Source: Pseudobdellovibrionaceae bacterium (GTDB taxonomy: Bacteria; Bdellovibrionota; Bdellovibrionia; Bdellovibrionales; Bdellovibrionaceae). From it: a stretch of DNA of 10,047 bases. Under the pieces are notes generated by a model. The model made no database searches and was not told the DNA's origin. It saw only the letters and a list, made by a program, of their open reading frames with translations. Location of the stretch: contig JBGGMM010000139.1 in NCBI GenBank assembly GCA_041288045.1, forward strand, positions 1-10,047, written 5' to 3'. Shown one piece after another: positions 7,714 through 10,047 of this stretch (position 1 is its first letter; each line of letters starts with the position of its first letter). The position numbers and the translations under genes are program-made.

Positions 7714-8256
7714 ATGCATTTATCGAATTTTAAATTGGCTCAAAAAGTCTTGGCATCCTTATGCTTGATGGCAACTCAATTTGCAGTAGCGGGGTTGCCA
7801 GGCGAGACTTGTCAGGAAACGATTCTTCTCAAGTCGGTTCCAGCAAAGATCAAAGTGGGTGAAAGCATTGGCAGCGCACAATTGTTGATCGGAAAATCTG
7901 TTTGCGAAAATCTCCCGCGCACTTTTGGCATTGCCCACTTGCAGATTAAAGTCGAAGGTGCTCCACATACAGAACTAAGCACTCAGCTTGATGAGACCAG
8001 CCGAATTTTCGTGATCCAAAACGATCAGTTGGCGAATCCTATAACTTGTCAGCTTTATCCACCGATTGTCGATCAGTTCTCAGTTGCTCATTGCAGGTTG
8101 AGTTTGGGAACTGCCAATTCGTTTTTAGAAAATAGTCCGGAAGCATTTATAAATGCGGTCGCTCAGAATAAGTTAAGGAGAATGGGATTTGACCACGGCA
8201 TTCAAGTGGTAGGAAAGTTAGTCTCGAGCCAGATTCTTGTATTTGAAAAAGAATAG
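7714..8256 (+). CDS. Secreted hypothetical protein, 180 aa
   Basis: SD AGGGAG upstream. Signal peptide ...KVLASLCLMATQFAVA. Four Cys in the mature part. Confidence 0.82.
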   Translation: MHLSNFKLAQKVLASLCLMATQFAVAGLPGETCQETILLKSVPAKIKVGESIGSAQLLIGKSVCENLPRTFGIAHLQIKVEGAPHTELSTQLDETSRIFVIQNDQLANPITCQLYPPIVDQFSVAHCRLSLGTANSFLENSPEAFINAVAQNKLRRMGFDHGIQVVGKLVSSQILVFEKE

Positions 8257-8321
8257 TTTTCTTTAATCTGCGTGAGAGCAGAAGTGTGGGAAATAACAAC
8301 CTTCATAGTCAAATTGAATTC

Positions 8322-8358
8322 ACGAGAGCCCATCGATCCTGATGGGCTCTCGTTTTTT
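8322..8358 (+). terminator. Rho-independent terminator
   Basis: Perfect 13-bp stem ACGAGAGCCCATC / GATGGGCTCTCGT with a 6-nt loop, running into TTTTTT (8353-8358). It lies between convergent genes. Confidence 0.85.
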
Positions 8359-8416
8359 CCGAAGACGTTCATAAGGCCGAGTTCCTTTTGCAGATTTCGA
8401 AACGCCAATTTTCCCA

Positions 8417-8827
8417 CTAAAGTTGGTGCCAGAGCAGCAACAGCCACATGGCTGTCAACACAAGCCAGCCCAGGCCATAAGCTCGCATTCGATGCATGAC
8501 TCGGTTCGAGCCCAGATGGATGTAGGCATGAGCAGCTCTGGCTGCCACGTACACCCAAGCAAGTCCAACAAAGACTCGGCCCTCTTGAAAAAGAATTCCT
8601 AAGATGCAAATCACATAAAATAAAACGGGAGCTTCGAAAAGATTTGAAAAGTGCCGACTGGCTTGAAGCATTTTCTCTGGAATTTCTTCGCTCTGATAAA
8701 CTTTGAAATAATGAAGCTTCACTTGCCCCGACTTGACCGCAGCCACTCTGGTCAAAAACATCCGAATCAGAACAACTGCCGATAGAGCAAACATGGCGAA
8801 CATGGGGAAAATCAGATTTGAGTTCAT
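8417..8827 (-). CDS. MAPEG family membrane protein
   Basis: 136 aa with about four hydrophobic helices. Family motifs SRHFSNLFEAPVLFY and YVAARAAHAYIHL. Confidence 0.9.
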   Translation of the reverse strand: MNSNLIFPMFAMFALSAVVLIRMFLTRVAAVKSGQVKLHYFKVYQSEEIPEKMLQASRHFSNLFEAPVLFYVICILGILFQEGRVFVGLAWVYVAARAAHAYIHLGSNRVMHRMRAYGLGWLVLTAMWLLLLWHQL

Positions 8828-8882
8828 CTGATTTTCATCTCACACCCAAGAGACCAAGTCATCCTAGGAATGCTGACAGGGT

Positions 8883-8898
8883 TGGCACTCCCTTTGTA
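8883..8898 (+). promoter_or_regulatory. Candidate sigma54 promoter for the DUF4360 gene
   Basis: TGGCAC-TCCCT-TTGTA has a perfect -24 element and TTGT instead of TTGC at -12. It ends 24 nt before ATG 8923. Confidence 0.5.
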
Positions 8899-8922
8899 AG
8901 AGTCAAAAACGGGGGTGACGAA

Positions 8923-9585
8923 ATGAAACCACTGGTTGCTAAAACATTGATTCTGGTTGCAAGTCTCTTTGCCCAGGGCGCTTGGGCAGTTCCGACCGAG
9001 GTGACAATTGGAAATCCAAAGCTCGAAGGGGAGGGTTGCCCTCAAGGAACAGCTCGTGCGGTTCTTTCACCTGACGGCTCAGCCATTTCGATCTTATTTG
9101 ATGAATTCATTTTGGATGCGACCAAAAGACGAGTGTACCCACCTGAAAAACTGAAAAAAGACTGCGATTTCAAAATTCCGGTGCAGCTTCCTCCCGGCTA
9201 TCGATTGCTCGCCTCTCGGATTGATTACAGAGGCTTTGCAGCTCTTGCCAAAGGAGTGAAAGGCTTTTTGACGACAACTGAACCTGCAGCAAATGCAGTC
9301 GGTAAAGTGGTCACAGTCAAACCACGTGTCACGCTGCTCCCCCAAGGAGAGGATGTGTTCACTGTCTCTCACAAAGTCGGAATCACTTTCCAGTCGGCCA
9401 ACTGCAAAAAAAATACGGGCTTCATCGCCTTCAACACAGAACTCAAAATTGCCGGCTCCCAACCTTTTCAACCGAATCTTGTCAGCGACTCGCTTCTCGT
9501 CCTTGATTCCGTCGACATCGGAGACAGCATGACTGAGGAGGGCCCAATCCGCATTGCGATTGAGCTCAAAGAGTGCAAAGACTAG
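8923..9585 (+). CDS. Secreted DUF4360-domain protein
   Basis: SD GGGGGTG before ATG 8923, and signal peptide MKPLVAKTLILVASLFAQGAWA. GEGCPQGT, SILFDEF, KDCDFKIPVQLPPGY, DYRGFA and DSVD are DUF4360-like motifs. Confidence 0.85.
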   Translation: MKPLVAKTLILVASLFAQGAWAVPTEVTIGNPKLEGEGCPQGTARAVLSPDGSAISILFDEFILDATKRRVYPPEKLKKDCDFKIPVQLPPGYRLLASRIDYRGFAALAKGVKGFLTTTEPAANAVGKVVTVKPRVTLLPQGEDVFTVSHKVGITFQSANCKKNTGFIAFNTELKIAGSQPFQPNLVSDSLLVLDSVDIGDSMTEEGPIRIAIELKECKD

Positions 9586-9739
9586 AGTCGGCTTACGGGG
9601 ATGATTCACAAGAAGGGGTCCTGGAATTATATAAATAATATTTTAATTAGACTATTTTGGGGCTTGTCTCAAAGTGAGAATCGGGAAAAAGTCTAATTTG
9701 ATAATAATATCAGCTAATTACGCTTTAATACGTTTTCGA

Positions 9740-9814
9740 AATACATTAAAAAATATCGAAAAATTTAACATATATTGCCAATACATTAAAAGAATAGTAA
9801 ATTTTTAATGTATT
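9740..9814. repeat. Three copies of AATACATTAAAA (two direct, one inverted), a putative operator
   Basis: Direct copies at 9740-9751 and 9780-9791, exactly 40 bp apart. Inverted copy TTTTAATGTATT at 9803-9814. Confidence 0.75.
9775..9803 (+). promoter_or_regulatory. Candidate sigma70 promoter of the fic gene
   Basis: TTGCCA (9775-9780), 17-nt spacer, TAAATT (9798-9803). SD GGAG at 9817-9820. Confidence 0.6.
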
Positions 9815-9829
9815 ATGGAGATATATTAA

Positions 9830-10047
9830 ATGACCTTTGATCCAAAAAAACCTTTCAAGTTACCATTGCTGCCACCACCCATTAAGGCAGAAGAGTTCAT
9901 GCAAAAAGATCTGATGCAACTTCTGATAAAAGCTAACTCTTCCCTAGCTGAATTAAATGGAACCTGTCGTGCTATTTCTAATCCATCTATTTTATTAAAT
10001 ATCCCTATGCTCCAAGAATCAGTTGCTAGTTCTGAAATAGAAGGAAT
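9830..10047 (+). CDS. Fic/DOC family protein, N-terminal part (runs off the window; not in the ORF track)
   Basis: Manual translation gives MTFDPKKPFKLPLLPP...LIKANSSLAELNGTCRAISNPSILLNIPMLQESVASSEIEG. LPxLPP, ALAELxG-like, NPxIL and ExxxSSEIEG are hallmarks of the Fic N-terminal domain. Confidence 0.9.
   Translation, partial: MTFDPKKPFKLPLLPPPIKAEEFMQKDLMQLLIKANSSLAELNGTCRAISNPSILLNIPMLQESVASSEIEG

Noticed and set aside
8360..8416. Minus-strand GGAAAA...GAAA...GCAAAAG...CGGCCTTA, loosely resembling a c-di-GMP-I riboswitch
   Set aside because: The 3' strand needed to close the GAAA-capped stem is missing, and the location downstream of a gene does not fit.
8202..8609. 135-aa minus-strand ORF and 75-aa plus-strand ORF (8272-8499)
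   Set aside because: They overlap the MAPEG gene, run through the terminator and show no protein-like motifs.
8818..8922. Upstream start for DUF4360
   Set aside because: It overlaps the MAPEG start on the other strand. ATG 8923 has an SD and a signal peptide.
9094..9609. 171-aa antisense ORF and the other short nested ORFs in the track
   Set aside because: They are shadow frames inside or opposite well-supported genes, with no recognisable motifs.
1..10047. CRISPR array, tRNA/rRNA, IS element or integrase
   Set aside because: No regularly spaced repeat-spacer units, cloverleaf or rRNA signatures, or transposase/recombinase motifs were seen.

Overview
Gene-dense bacterial window, probably Bdellovibrionota-like. 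This is inferred from a TIGR02147/DUF4423 HTH protein, a DUF4360 protein and many short signal-peptide orphans. It holds 12 CDS: a 5'-truncated hypothetical, a secreted two-HxK phospholipase D/nuclease-fold protein, Glu-type RpiB, a secreted CBM-like plus beta-helix protein, a secreted protein-glutaminase-like Cys-His-Asp enzyme, a TIGR02147-family HTH protein, three secreted orphans, a MAPEG protein, DUF4360, and the N-terminus of a Fic protein that the ORF track misses. The most interesting signal is non-coding. (i) Twin TTGTTCGC-N3-GCGAACAA palindromes lie in the divergent region next to the TIGR02147 operon, and one overlaps a sigma70 -10. (ii) A TGTCTCAA-N-TTGAGACA (GTC-N9-GAC) palindrome family recurs in several intergenic regions. 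(iii) There are four sigma54-like -24/-12 elements. (iv) A triple AATACATTAAAA repeat is built around the promoter of the fic gene in an AT-rich segment. All family calls come from motif recognition by eye; no database searches were run.
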